Below are positions 10,408 to 19,263 of a stretch of DNA of 64,000 nt, one piece after another. The stretch comes from a virus. Location of the stretch: UHGV virus genome UHGV-0218015, one strand, 5' to 3'. The position numbers and the translations under genes are program-made. Positions within the stretch are counted from its first letter, which is position 1. Every line of letters begins with the position of its first letter. The notes beneath the pieces were generated by a model, which ran no database searches, was not told where the DNA came from, and saw only the letters and a list, made by a program, of their open reading frames with translations.

Positions 10408-11373
10408 TTATTGCGGAGGCGATGTCGGGCCATGTTTACCTTGGTGAATGTGAACGCTAAAGGTAATACCAGAAATAACGGCATCTTTAACCGTAAAGAC
10501 ACCGACGCCTTTGCCCGTACCACCGTATTTGAAGTTCTTAGCGACTTCCAGATTACCGGTGAACATCGCTTCCTTCCCTTCTTGTTTAAAGTTCGGCGTT
10601 TTAAATGTTGTCGAACTCCCTGCTTCCGTTAACCAGGTTTGTGTTTTAAACGTAACGGATTTCGCTGCTTCCGTATTGCGAACTTCGCATTTTTCATTAA
10701 TCGTTTTCGTTTCCAGGTTAATAGAACGCTTTGAATAAATGAACGCATCTTCTTTGTTGATGTTCACTTTTGAGAGCATCGCATTCTCAAAACCTAAATC
10801 GTCTTCCACCGAGTTAATGTAATACTTATTCCCTTTGTGGTCAACACACTGCCACGTGCCATTTGCATTATCAAACTGAAATAACCACGCCGCTTTCTCA
10901 CCGTTCACCATACTTGTTCTTAGCGTGATATGTTTGTCAATCGTCGAGATATTCAACACATACGCATTGGACAGGTCATCCGCCATCTGGTTTTCAGGGT
11001 CAGCAGACCACGCGTAAACCGCATCCTCTAATCGCTTAACGTTAGCGAAGTTCAGATCAATCCAAAAATAAATATCGGTTTTCCCCAAACGTAACAAGAT
11101 AACGTAATCTTCTCGTTTAACGTCAGGGGAATTAATTCGGTTGGAGTTAAACTTCCACCACTTTGCTGTTATCGTGTTACCCGTCTTAATGGTTAGGTTA
11201 TCTGTTGCACCAGACGTTTCATGCGTCTTTTCAGTTGCTGAAGAAACAGATTGCACCACGGTAGGGTTAGCAAAGTTGGTTTCAATTGGTATCACTTTTA
11301 CCCGATCTGTACCACGGGGTTTGTCTTCCGCGACGATACCAACTGAGAAAAAATCAACACTGGATTTCTCCAT
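10408..11373 (-). CDS. hypothetical protein (321 aa), possibly structural
   Basis: Complete minus-strand ORF downstream of the promoter-like region at about 11400; beta-rich, Thr/Asn-rich composition. Confidence 0.5.
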   Translation of the reverse strand: MEKSSVDFFSVGIVAEDKPRGTDRVKVIPIETNFANPTVVQSVSSATEKTHETSGATDNLTIKTGNTITAKWWKFNSNRINSPDVKREDYVILLRLGKTDIYFWIDLNFANVKRLEDAVYAWSADPENQMADDLSNAYVLNISTIDKHITLRTSMVNGEKAAWLFQFDNANGTWQCVDHKGNKYYINSVEDDLGFENAMLSKVNINKEDAFIYSKRSINLETKTINEKCEVRNTEAAKSVTFKTQTWLTEAGSSTTFKTPNFKQEGKEAMFTGNLEVAKNFKYGGTGKGVGVFTVKDAVISGITFSVHIHQGKHGPTSPPQ

Positions 11374-11393
11374 CGGGACGTTCCTTAGATCGG

Positions 11394-11425
11394 AATTGAT
11401 TTCAGATATATATTACTTAAGTGAA
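11394..11425 (+). promoter_or_regulatory. phage promoter-like motif TTTCAGATATATATTACTTAAGTGA
   Basis: 20-nt core identical to a second copy at about 15788-15812; contains TATATTAC, which I recall as the phiKZ early promoter consensus; sits in a divergent intergenic region. Confidence 0.45.
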
Positions 11426-11506
11426 TAGGGACTGAAGTACCAGTTCAGCCCCTACGGACACGTTTCATTCGAAACGGATTGATTAAACCATTTGGGGAGA
11501 CAGATC

Positions 11507-11587
11507 ATGTCTACTAAAAAGAAAGAAAGTCTCAATGAGCTGCTCAAACGGCTTAAAGACTACACTCCATTTAGTACCTTCCGATAA
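11507..11587 (+). CDS. possible 26-aa basic peptide (MSTKKKESLNELLKRLKDYTPFSTFR)
   Basis: ATG preceded by a GGGGAGA RBS-like sequence, downstream of the promoter-like motif; too short to be sure it is coding. Confidence 0.25.
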   Translation: MSTKKKESLNELLKRLKDYTPFSTFR

Positions 11588-11794
11588 CAGGTACTAAAAT
11601 TTTACAGTCTGCCCCTTTATTCTGCTACTCGGGATACCGGTAGGGGGTAGGGGGCATTATGTATACGGATATAAATAGCGGAGGTATACGTAGTATACCG
11701 ACATACTCTTCCCAGAGGAACGTAGTGACTTCCTTATACCTCTTTTACAATCCATAATAATAGACTTCCCTTTATTGAGATTAGCGAGTAAATC

Positions 11795-12532
11795 ATGAGA
11801 GAATTATTAGACGATATCTTTACTAACACCAGTTTAGAACTTTCTTCTACTGTTGTTAACGAACTAATAAAACAATACCAACCTGCTAAGTTAATCGATG
11901 CTGGAACAATTAAACCTGAAGATTATCCAGACAGTGACGTTATCGACTGTATGATTGACGAATACGTGATAGGCAGTTACGCCAACCGCGTCTTCTTCGT
12001 TATTAATACCGAAACCAGTGTCATGTTAATCTATAAGTTGATCAGTGATGCCGAACTTGAAGTTGTGGCTGACCACATTCGTCTTCTTGCGAACACGCCT
12101 ACTAGTATCGATGATGTGCTTATTGGGAACGGTTGGGCTTTACCACCACTATTCTCTTACTTCCCTCTGTTTAGAAATGGGATAGGGTTACTCCGAAATG
12201 CAGAAAACCTTCCCGATAACGTCGAGTTATCACTGCTTGGACCCGGCATCGATCTTTGTCCATTAGAAGACGAGGGCACGCTATATGGTTTGCGCATCTA
12301 TGTTTCTGTGTTAAAGGGTTACCGCGTTATTGAACTGATTGCATCCGACTTAGCAAAACAGATCCCAGATGTGGAAACGATTTCTAAAGCCACCCACCTG
12401 GTTGAGATTAACTCAGACGATCCCTTATTGAAATATCACGAGAAAATTGATCTTCGTAAAATCGCCACGATGAGAGGGTGGAGTTGTGCTGAGATTACGA
12501 AGGACTATCTGCTGTTAATTAAAACCGCGTAA
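11795..12532 (+). CDS. hypothetical protein, member 1 of tandem paralog family (C-terminal GW module)
   Basis: 245 aa; N-terminus M.ELLDDIF resembles 14367..15140; C-terminus RGWSCAEITKDYLLLIKTA resembles the GW...QLLF ends of the next three genes. Confidence 0.55.
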   Translation: MRELLDDIFTNTSLELSSTVVNELIKQYQPAKLIDAGTIKPEDYPDSDVIDCMIDEYVIGSYANRVFFVINTETSVMLIYKLISDAELEVVADHIRLLANTPTSIDDVLIGNGWALPPLFSYFPLFRNGIGLLRNAENLPDNVELSLLGPGIDLCPLEDEGTLYGLRIYVSVLKGYRVIELIASDLAKQIPDVETISKATHLVEINSDDPLLKYHEKIDLRKIATMRGWSCAEITKDYLLLIKTA

Positions 12533-12563
12533 TTAAGAAAACCGAAAAAAAGGAGAATATACC

Positions 12564-13118
12564 ATGTTTCAAACTGAACTGAAAAATGAAATTATCCAAA
12601 CCCTTGAAAAAGGCGTAGGCGAACATTTCTTTGTCCGTCCTTATACCGTACTGACCAATACCATTATCCAGCCAGGTGCGATGATAGTAGGGGTAAGTGT
12701 ACAAGCTGTAGAGGAAACCCCGCTGCGTCGTAACATCACACGTAAAACCCATATCCTGTTTAGAACAGGTTTTACAGATTACTTTCAGAGCTTACTGAAA
12801 GATAGCGTTTGGAAAACAGGCAGCTTCTTCCACGAAGGGAAGACTTCCACGCTGGTTTATAAAGAGAACACCAAGTATCTGGTTGATTTTCTCTTAGCGC
12901 GTCAATACGATTTCTTTCCAACCCCTACCGGCACCACCCATGATAATCCAGGTAAGTTATTAAACCAAGACGAAGCCGAAGCACTCTTTACAAAACTTCG
13001 GAACGAGCACTGTGATGTTGATGACTGGGAAACGCTGATTGCTGTCGCTAAAGCACACGGTTGGTATACCGTACGTAAAATCGGCCAGCAGTTATTATTC
13101 TTAGCTTACCCTGCTTAA
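12564..13118 (+). CDS. hypothetical protein, member 2 of tandem paralog family
   Basis: 184 aa; C-terminus ...AKAHGWYTVRKIGQQLLFLAYPA; strong RBS AAGGAG. Confidence 0.55.
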   Translation: MFQTELKNEIIQTLEKGVGEHFFVRPYTVLTNTIIQPGAMIVGVSVQAVEETPLRRNITRKTHILFRTGFTDYFQSLLKDSVWKTGSFFHEGKTSTLVYKENTKYLVDFLLARQYDFFPTPTGTTHDNPGKLLNQDEAEALFTKLRNEHCDVDDWETLIAVAKAHGWYTVRKIGQQLLFLAYPA

Positions 13119-13147
13119 GTAACGAAAAAACCTAAAGGAGAGTAAAA

Positions 13148-14299
13148 ATGCGAAATATTATTTCTAAACCAAGACGTGGCAAGTACCTAAAAGAACTGAT
13201 GGACAGATGCTATAATCGGACTTGGCCACTACCAAGCTTAACCCTCGACTATTTTTTACAACATACGTTGTTTGGTTATAAATTGGGCTGCTGTGTACTT
13301 AGTGAATACAATGAGATTATCGCGCCTGTCGATGTCTGTACTTTCGATGAAGAAATTGAAGGTTACCAGTTCACGTCTTACACAAATTGTGGACTAAATT
13401 ACCGTAAACTTGTTGTTAGGGAAAAGAGTAGCAATCGGGAGATTATGTTTAAGGTCTTCCCAAATGGTGAAGTCACTAAGTTATGTTTTCAGCTTGAACA
13501 AGTGCCCTTTCACGGTGTAGCTATTTTAACTAAACCAGAACTCGCGTTATTAAGCGAGTTAATCGGCTTTGAAGCAAAAACCATCAAAGTTGAGCAGGAG
13601 CTTACACAAAACGATTTCGGCTCAAGTTGGTACGAAAGTTTCTTCCGCTACGAAATATTAAGTGATAAAGCAATCAAGCTCACTTACCGTTCTACTGACG
13701 ATCTCGTTTACCACATTTTAATTAGCGGCGAACCCCACCTGATTATTGAAGACAAAGGAGAAAATCAAGTGTCTACCTTAAAAGATGAATTAACTGATTT
13801 TGTTAACAAAATTGATAACGTGGGTATCAGTGAATTATTGTTCCCGATACAGCATCCAGAGTTGCTTGACGAGAAATCTGAAAACGTGGTTATGGGCGTA
13901 CATTTACTTCCTGAACATCTTGCTATTTACCGTACAGTTTCTAAGAACCAACTTAAAGTGTGGTGTCTGTTAAAAGACCTTTTAACGGAGGCGGGATGGT
14001 CGTGTAGTGTAGATGCTAACTGTGAAGGAGTTGCGTTCATCGCCAGAATAGACAATCGTAATTTTTCTGTCGATTTACCTACTCGCAGCTATTACAGTTT
14101 CTTCCCGACTGCAGAAGGACGTACTGAAAAAGAGCCAGCATTACTCCTCAGTGCTGAGGAGTCCAATGCGTTAATGGCGAAACTAAAAGCGAAAGACGAG
14201 AAGCTGGATATTTTACATCTACCTATAATCGGAAAAGACTACGGTTGGGCGGACGTACAAAAGTACGGCTGCCAGCTGTTGTTTGTTGCTGACCTCTAA
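13148..14299 (+). CDS. hypothetical protein, member 3 of tandem paralog family
   Basis: 383 aa; C-terminus ...GKDYGWADVQKYGCQLLFVADL, plus an internal GWSC copy of the module. Confidence 0.55.
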   Translation: MRNIISKPRRGKYLKELMDRCYNRTWPLPSLTLDYFLQHTLFGYKLGCCVLSEYNEIIAPVDVCTFDEEIEGYQFTSYTNCGLNYRKLVVREKSSNREIMFKVFPNGEVTKLCFQLEQVPFHGVAILTKPELALLSELIGFEAKTIKVEQELTQNDFGSSWYESFFRYEILSDKAIKLTYRSTDDLVYHILISGEPHLIIEDKGENQVSTLKDELTDFVNKIDNVGISELLFPIQHPELLDEKSENVVMGVHLLPEHLAIYRTVSKNQLKVWCLLKDLLTEAGWSCSVDANCEGVAFIARIDNRNFSVDLPTRSYYSFFPTAEGRTEKEPALLLSAEESNALMAKLKAKDEKLDILHLPIIGKDYGWADVQKYGCQLLFVADL

Positions 14300-14366
14300 T
14301 AAGTAAAAATAGACTTTCTCTAACTGCCGCGCTTTAGTCGCGGCTTTTGTTAAGAGGGAAATAGAA

Positions 14367-15140
14367 ATGAAAATCCATCTAGATGATATCTTTAAAACCG
14401 AACCGTATTTGATCGAAGGTCCGCTAACATCACTACTATTCGCCGATAGATTAGATCGTACGTTGCAATTACAATCGATCGAATCTGCGCCCGTTGACGA
14501 TGTAGAGCGTTACGAGCGCATCAACTATACGCGGGGTGAGTATCGTCGCTATAAGCCGAATTCACTAAGCGTTAAACTTTGGAAAGTAAGCACAGGTAAG
14601 GTATTGACTTATCGCACCGTTGGTAGTTATTACATACAACAAGCCAAAGAATGGCTAGAGAAAGTTAAAGAACTGAACTTCGATCTACTGAGCAAAAAAC
14701 TGCGCGATCATAACGCCAGTTTACCGATACGTAATTATTTCTCCATGGTTGAAAATAGTCGTTGTTTTGTTTCTCGCGAATCCACGATATTACCTGGGAT
14801 TGATGTTCAGACGACGCTAAAAGATGTGGTTGTGAAAAAAGTCTTTCATGAGTCTGAACACGTTGGGTTTCGTATTTATTTAACCCACAAAAGACCATTT
14901 ACCGTGATTCATGTTGTTACCGTACCCGAAGGCTCAGCAGTCTCTCGGGAACTTCCTGATGCACGCGACCGTTGCCCCAACGAGCCGCTTTACTTAATGT
15001 CAGGAACAAAATCAACCGCGTTGATGTCTCGTTACAGCATGATAGATGTTGTTGACGCTGCTATGAAGCTAGGTTGGAAAGAAGTGCAGCAACACGGTAA
15101 ACAGTTGCTGTTTATTGCCGATGTAAAACTTAATTATTAG
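14367..15140 (+). CDS. hypothetical protein, member 4 of tandem paralog family
   Basis: 257 aa; C-terminus ...AMKLGWKEVQQHGKQLLFIADVKLNY; N-terminus MKIHLDDIF. Confidence 0.55.
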   Translation: MKIHLDDIFKTEPYLIEGPLTSLLFADRLDRTLQLQSIESAPVDDVERYERINYTRGEYRRYKPNSLSVKLWKVSTGKVLTYRTVGSYYIQQAKEWLEKVKELNFDLLSKKLRDHNASLPIRNYFSMVENSRCFVSRESTILPGIDVQTTLKDVVVKKVFHESEHVGFRIYLTHKRPFTVIHVVTVPEGSAVSRELPDARDRCPNEPLYLMSGTKSTALMSRYSMIDVVDAAMKLGWKEVQQHGKQLLFIADVKLNY

Positions 15141-15152
15141 TGAGGTGGAACC

Positions 15153-15731
15153 GTGTACCGATTAATAGAAATGCGAAAAGACGTTTGGTTAGAAAATCTC
15201 GTCGATGGGGAGCTTGAGGGAATAGAGCTTTCCTTACCAGAAAGAGCGGACACGGTATTAGCCTTTCTGATAAAGCGGGCAGCGAATGAACCTGTGGGGA
15301 TTTTCGACGTGGATTACAAAGATCCGCGCGGAATTCGTTTACGTAACATCTGTTGTGGTTTAGATAACTTGACGGCAAGTCCTTTCGTAAACTACGCAAA
15401 ACGTAAACTCCAGCCAGGGCAACATCTCTGGGTAGTTCTAGCGCCAGATATTCGCATTATGCGAGACGACCTGACTGCGTTTGTGCAAGCAACGAAAGTC
15501 AGTTTGTACAATCCTAATGCGGAACGTACCGATATGCCGTTTACAATCACCTTAGAAGACGATGGAACGCAAGAGGGCATTGAGGCGATTACGGAATTAG
15601 TAAACTCTTATCCGGTTGCATCTATCGAGTTAGAAAACCCAAACCGATTACCGTTGGGGGATTTACTCGAATGGATTGAGCTGAATACTGAGTTCCTCAT
15701 TAACTCCCGGCAGTATCGGTTCGATGTATAA
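15153..15731 (+). CDS. hypothetical protein (192 aa)
   Basis: Complete ORF with GTG start directly after the paralog cluster, followed by a terminator hairpin. Confidence 0.5.
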   Translation: MYRLIEMRKDVWLENLVDGELEGIELSLPERADTVLAFLIKRAANEPVGIFDVDYKDPRGIRLRNICCGLDNLTASPFVNYAKRKLQPGQHLWVVLAPDIRIMRDDLTAFVQATKVSLYNPNAERTDMPFTITLEDDGTQEGIEAITELVNSYPVASIELENPNRLPLGDLLEWIELNTEFLINSRQYRFDV

Positions 15732-15732
15732 C

Positions 15733-15768
15733 GTCGGTGGGGGTTTACCCCCACCTTTTATTTTTTGT
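15733..15768 (+). terminator. rho-independent terminator
   Basis: Hairpin GGTGGGGGT / ACCCCCACC followed by a T-rich run (TTTTATTTTTTG). Confidence 0.7.
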
Positions 15769-15785
15769 TCGTCAACATTAAAAAT

Positions 15786-15833
15786 AATTTCAGATATATA
15801 TTACTTAGGTGAGAGTTCAGTTACTCTCACTTA
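15786..15833 (+). promoter_or_regulatory. phage promoter-like motif TTTCAGATATATATTACTTAGGTGA with downstream stem-loop
   Basis: Second copy of the motif at 11394-11425; immediately followed by the inverted repeat GTGAGAGT..ACTCTCAC; about 48 nt upstream of the ATG at 15861. Confidence 0.45.
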
Positions 15834-15860
15834 ACGAAAACCATTTTAGGAGAACTAAAG

Positions 15861-16232
15861 ATGAAAAGCGAATTATTTAAAGACCCGTTTGTTGCATTAC
15901 TGATCGTTACACGCGCCGCCACTAACCCAGAAGACCTGAAACGTTTACTTACCAACGAAGCATACCTTCTCGAGCAACGTGACGTGCAGTTAGACAAACC
16001 ACACGCTGAAAGCCAGGTGAAAGACCTTATCTCTATTTTCCGTAACGAAGAATGGCGTAAAAACAACGAGCTGTCCGATAACCTGACGGTTTCGATTGCA
16101 AAACTCTTAACATTGTTCAATCTTGACAAAGACATTAATCAATGCCTTTCTACAGAAGAACGCCTGGAAATGATAAGAGGTATCGGAGATAGTTATACAC
16201 AGATTCAGGCATTACGCAACGCTCTCATTTAA
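15861..16232 (+). CDS. hypothetical protein (123 aa)
   Basis: ORF with AGGAG RBS, downstream of the promoter-like motif. Confidence 0.5.
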   Translation: MKSELFKDPFVALLIVTRAATNPEDLKRLLTNEAYLLEQRDVQLDKPHAESQVKDLISIFRNEEWRKNNELSDNLTVSIAKLLTLFNLDKDINQCLSTEERLEMIRGIGDSYTQIQALRNALI

Positions 16233-16263
16233 TTCCTCGGTTTATAGGGCCCCTTATTTTTAG

Positions 16264-16662
16264 ATGGTGAAATCAATGAATATCAGAACAATACTTTATA
16301 CTATCATTATTTTCTGTGCGGCAGGCATCACCGCTACTTATGCTTTTGGGGAGTCAGATATCCACTACTACGACCCAGCACCAGACTCCCCAATTATTAA
16401 TCCTGATGAAACACCAACACTAATGCGAAGCTTCGGTAAACTAGAGGTGTACCGTCTGGTGCGTGCCGACGTGTGTACTGGTTTGATTATCGCCGATAGC
16501 AGTGCACATGTTTATCAGCGTCTAACCGATATTGCTTGCGAACAACCAAAAGTAATGTCGGTTAGCATACATCCGTTATCTGTTGGTAACTATACCGCTG
16601 TGGACTTCTTTCATAACGCCGAATTAATTGGCCGAGTTACTTTAAATCGTCCTGCTGAATAA
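16264..16662 (+). CDS. small secreted or membrane protein (signal peptide)
   Basis: N-terminal hydrophobic leader NIRTILYTIIIFCAAGITATYA; 132 aa. Confidence 0.5.
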   Translation: MVKSMNIRTILYTIIIFCAAGITATYAFGESDIHYYDPAPDSPIINPDETPTLMRSFGKLEVYRLVRADVCTGLIIADSSAHVYQRLTDIACEQPKVMSVSIHPLSVGNYTAVDFFHNAELIGRVTLNRPAE

Positions 16663-16680
16663 TCTAAAGGAGTAGTCACA

Positions 16681-17166
16681 ATGAAACGTTTACATACACT
16701 GATGTTCTTTCTGGTTTTCTTGTTTATCGGTGCCACACCTACTGTAGATGCGGCCCCCGTAGACGAATTACTTACCTGCGATGGGAACGCTCGGGAAGGT
16801 CAGCCAAATGCGTGTCCAAACATCAACGACTTGTACGATACCGATAAGTCATTTAAAGGTGTTGTTGATAAAACACTAGATCCGGTGGGACTGGATGGAA
16901 TGTTCGGCTCTAAAGGTTACATGGATGGCCCTGGCGGTAACATGTATCCGGTAAATATCAACAACAAAATCTGGATTGAAAGTGGTGGTTGTAAAGCTAA
17001 CGCTTGTGGCTGGGAATATATCGTAACGCTATACAACCCACACACCAAGAAACTCGTCGGTTATTATTACAACATCGACCCCGGTTATCTGATTTGGTTC
17101 GGCGAAATCGGCGTTGCTGAATTCGGTTATCTGGTTAAGAAGTACGTAGAACAATCTAAATACTAA
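16681..17166 (+). CDS. secreted cysteine-containing protein, possible Ivy-like fold
   Basis: Sec-type leader MKRLHTLMFFLVFLFIGATPTVDA; GGCKANAC loop reminiscent of the Ivy CKPHDC loop as I recall it; 161 aa. Confidence 0.4.
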   Translation: MKRLHTLMFFLVFLFIGATPTVDAAPVDELLTCDGNAREGQPNACPNINDLYDTDKSFKGVVDKTLDPVGLDGMFGSKGYMDGPGGNMYPVNINNKIWIESGGCKANACGWEYIVTLYNPHTKKLVGYYYNIDPGYLIWFGEIGVAEFGYLVKKYVEQSKY

Positions 17167-17176
17167 GGAGTTTATC

Positions 17177-17587
17177 ATGAAAACTATCATCAACACTCTT
17201 CTCATTGCAATTGCTATTCTGTTCTCTGTTAACGTATCAGCAAAAATAACACAGTTGCCAGCTGGAATTAAGTACGTCAATAGTACCGACGATTTCTACT
17301 GTACAGAAATTGACGGCCTGTACTGTCAGGCGAAGAGCCTGTTTAAATACAAAGGTAGCAGATACGTGTTCATCGTTGAGCAGGGCGGGGCCTGGTGCTA
17401 CGACAGCCCTATGTCCGTACTCAACCTCGAAACGTGGAAAGCACAGCGCCTTGAATACAACGACAAACGTTTGTGCTCTGGCAATAACAAACCATTCTTC
17501 GAAGTCGTAGATGGTGTACCGATGGTGGGGATATTAGACACTTCGGAAAAACCTATCGTTGTAGCTATGGATAAACTTAAAATTTAA
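17177..17587 (+). CDS. secreted cysteine-containing protein
   Basis: Leader MKTIINTLLIAIAILFSVNVSA; GG..C motif (EQGGAWCYD) shared with neighbours; 136 aa. Confidence 0.5.
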   Translation: MKTIINTLLIAIAILFSVNVSAKITQLPAGIKYVNSTDDFYCTEIDGLYCQAKSLFKYKGSRYVFIVEQGGAWCYDSPMSVLNLETWKAQRLEYNDKRLCSGNNKPFFEVVDGVPMVGILDTSEKPIVVAMDKLKI

Positions 17588-17597
17588 GGAGTAACTC

Positions 17598-17987
17598 ATG
17601 CGTCTCATCTGCGCTTTAGCATTCTTCTTCTCCCTGAGTGTAGCGGCATCTACCCAGGTTAATGATTTACTGCTAACCTCAAACAACAATACCGATTATC
17701 AGTACAATCCCCCGGGGTTTGAAGTTTGTGAAGTCGGTGAAACAATCTGCCAAGAAGTCGGCGCAGACGGGCGCTATATTCTGGTAAAAGCTGATGGTGG
17801 CACAATGTGTCCCGCAGGTTATTACTTTCTACTCGATTCCGTTGCAAGAGAGGTTCTTCCTATCACCACGAAAACGTGCGACCCTACTGTTGTCTTAACT
17901 CTCGCTAAAAGCAAATCTCGCGACCGTTATCTGATCGTTATCGAAGAACGGGGCAAGATGGCTGGCGCTATCGAATTAGATCATTGA
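17598..17987 (+). CDS. secreted cysteine-containing protein
   Basis: Leader MRLICALAFFFSLSVAAS; GG..C motif (ADGGTMCPAG); 129 aa. Confidence 0.5.
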   Translation: MRLICALAFFFSLSVAASTQVNDLLLTSNNNTDYQYNPPGFEVCEVGETICQEVGADGRYILVKADGGTMCPAGYYFLLDSVAREVLPITTKTCDPTVVLTLAKSKSRDRYLIVIEERGKMAGAIELDH

Positions 17988-17995
17988 GTGTAGTC

Positions 17996-18025
17996 TTGGC
18001 CCCGGAACGTCCGGGGTCCTTTTTA
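17996..18025 (+). terminator. rho-independent terminator
   Basis: Hairpin GGCCCCGGAACGTCCGGGGTCC followed by TTTTT. Confidence 0.65.
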
Positions 18026-18054
18026 CGACATGTTTTACCTAAAGGAGTATTAAA

Positions 18055-18531
18055 ATGCAATTATCTAACGTCTATCAAGCTGCGCAATTTCATCATGACC
18101 TGTCGGCTAAACCTGAACAAATTCGCCACAACTTAACGGTGGCCTGGAAACTGCTGCGTATCGCAGAGGCCGCACGCCTTAACGATCAGTCGACGATTAT
18201 CGACACTGTGCGCACATTACACCCAGTTGACCTGGAAACAATCTGGACATTTGATTTAACCCGAATTTATCATCGCCGTTTTAATGCGGCGGTTGACGCA
18301 ATCCGGCCTTACTTTCACCACCTGCGGACAACACGCGAAAATGACACCGCGCTCGAATGGGTATTGGTACAAAGCGTATGGAGCGACTACATTTATCTCC
18401 TTTCTTTAGAGACGGGTGAATGTATCGTTGCTAACGAAGTTTTTTCAAGTAACGCAGAAATGTATCGTTCCTTCGCGACGATTAAAGGTGAAACACAGCC
18501 TATTTTATCACTCACGCACTTAGGGCTATAA
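18055..18531 (+). CDS. hypothetical protein (158 aa)
   Basis: ORF with CTAAAGGAG RBS, followed by a terminator. Confidence 0.5.
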   Translation: MQLSNVYQAAQFHHDLSAKPEQIRHNLTVAWKLLRIAEAARLNDQSTIIDTVRTLHPVDLETIWTFDLTRIYHRRFNAAVDAIRPYFHHLRTTRENDTALEWVLVQSVWSDYIYLLSLETGECIVANEVFSSNAEMYRSFATIKGETQPILSLTHLGL

Positions 18532-18533
18532 TT

Positions 18534-18566
18534 AGCCCGGCCCCGTTTATTCGGGGCTTCTTTTTT
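18534..18566 (+). terminator. rho-independent terminator
   Basis: Hairpin AGCCCGGCCCCG..CGGGGCT followed by a T7 run. Confidence 0.65.
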
Positions 18567-18587
18567 TGATCTAAAAGGAAAGACCAG

Positions 18588-19196
18588 ATGAACGAAATTA
18601 CATTAGTTCGTTTTCTTGAAGCGATGCAAAATGCAGAGCGTTTTTCGCATACGCCTTTATTCATCGACTTAATGGAAGAGGAAGTAGAGGGCTTCCTGGC
18701 GTATCCACGCTTACGGGAGTATTTTAAACGTAAAACGCCGACTGCTTACGAAAAATTGGTTTACGCACTTGAGAACAGTTCAACATTGTTAACGACGCCT
18801 TTCAAGGCGTTGGAGGCTTTAGACCCGGCTGGTACCACAAGTATCCCGCAACGTGTCGTGTTCTACTATATCGACCACGACCGAATTAAAGCCGATGTTG
18901 TTAACTGGATCTCTGAAAACGCAGTTCCAGAAACACGTACGTTTAATCTCTGTCCTGTAGAGGAAGGGTGGAAGGTCGGCAATCACTATTCTTATCCGTA
19001 CCAATCCATTAAATCACCGTTTTTATACCCGGTTTATCTGGACGACGTTACGCCAGGAAATTGCATTCCGGTAACAAACCTGATCTGTGCACTGACAATG
19101 GAAGTCTTGGCCACAAAAGCGGGACAGGTTTGGGTAGAAAACACAAAGAACATCGATTATTGGACTTCAATGGGTTATCACCCATATACCAAATAA
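18588..19196 (+). CDS. hypothetical protein (202 aa)
   Basis: ORF with AAAGGAAAG RBS; no Mre11-type phosphoesterase motifs seen. Confidence 0.5.
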   Translation: MNEITLVRFLEAMQNAERFSHTPLFIDLMEEEVEGFLAYPRLREYFKRKTPTAYEKLVYALENSSTLLTTPFKALEALDPAGTTSIPQRVVFYYIDHDRIKADVVNWISENAVPETRTFNLCPVEEGWKVGNHYSYPYQSIKSPFLYPVYLDDVTPGNCIPVTNLICALTMEVLATKAGQVWVENTKNIDYWTSMGYHPYTK

Positions 19197-19201
19197 CGTT
19201 T

Positions 19202-19240
19202 GGGAGAACCTTCGGGTTCTCCCTTTCTCTATTTTTTTTC
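19202..19240 (+). terminator. rho-independent terminator
   Basis: Hairpin GGGAGAACCTTCGGGTTCTCCC followed by a long T-run. Confidence 0.7.
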
Positions 19241-19263
19241 TTTTTACACCACACTCCGTCTTT

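Noticed and set aside
11430-11790. Possible tRNA genes in the larger intergenic regions (also about 50400-50600)
   Set aside because: No T-loop-like GTTCGAATC/GTTCAAATC element or cloverleaf-compatible arms were seen by eye; not ruled out without a tRNAscan-type search.
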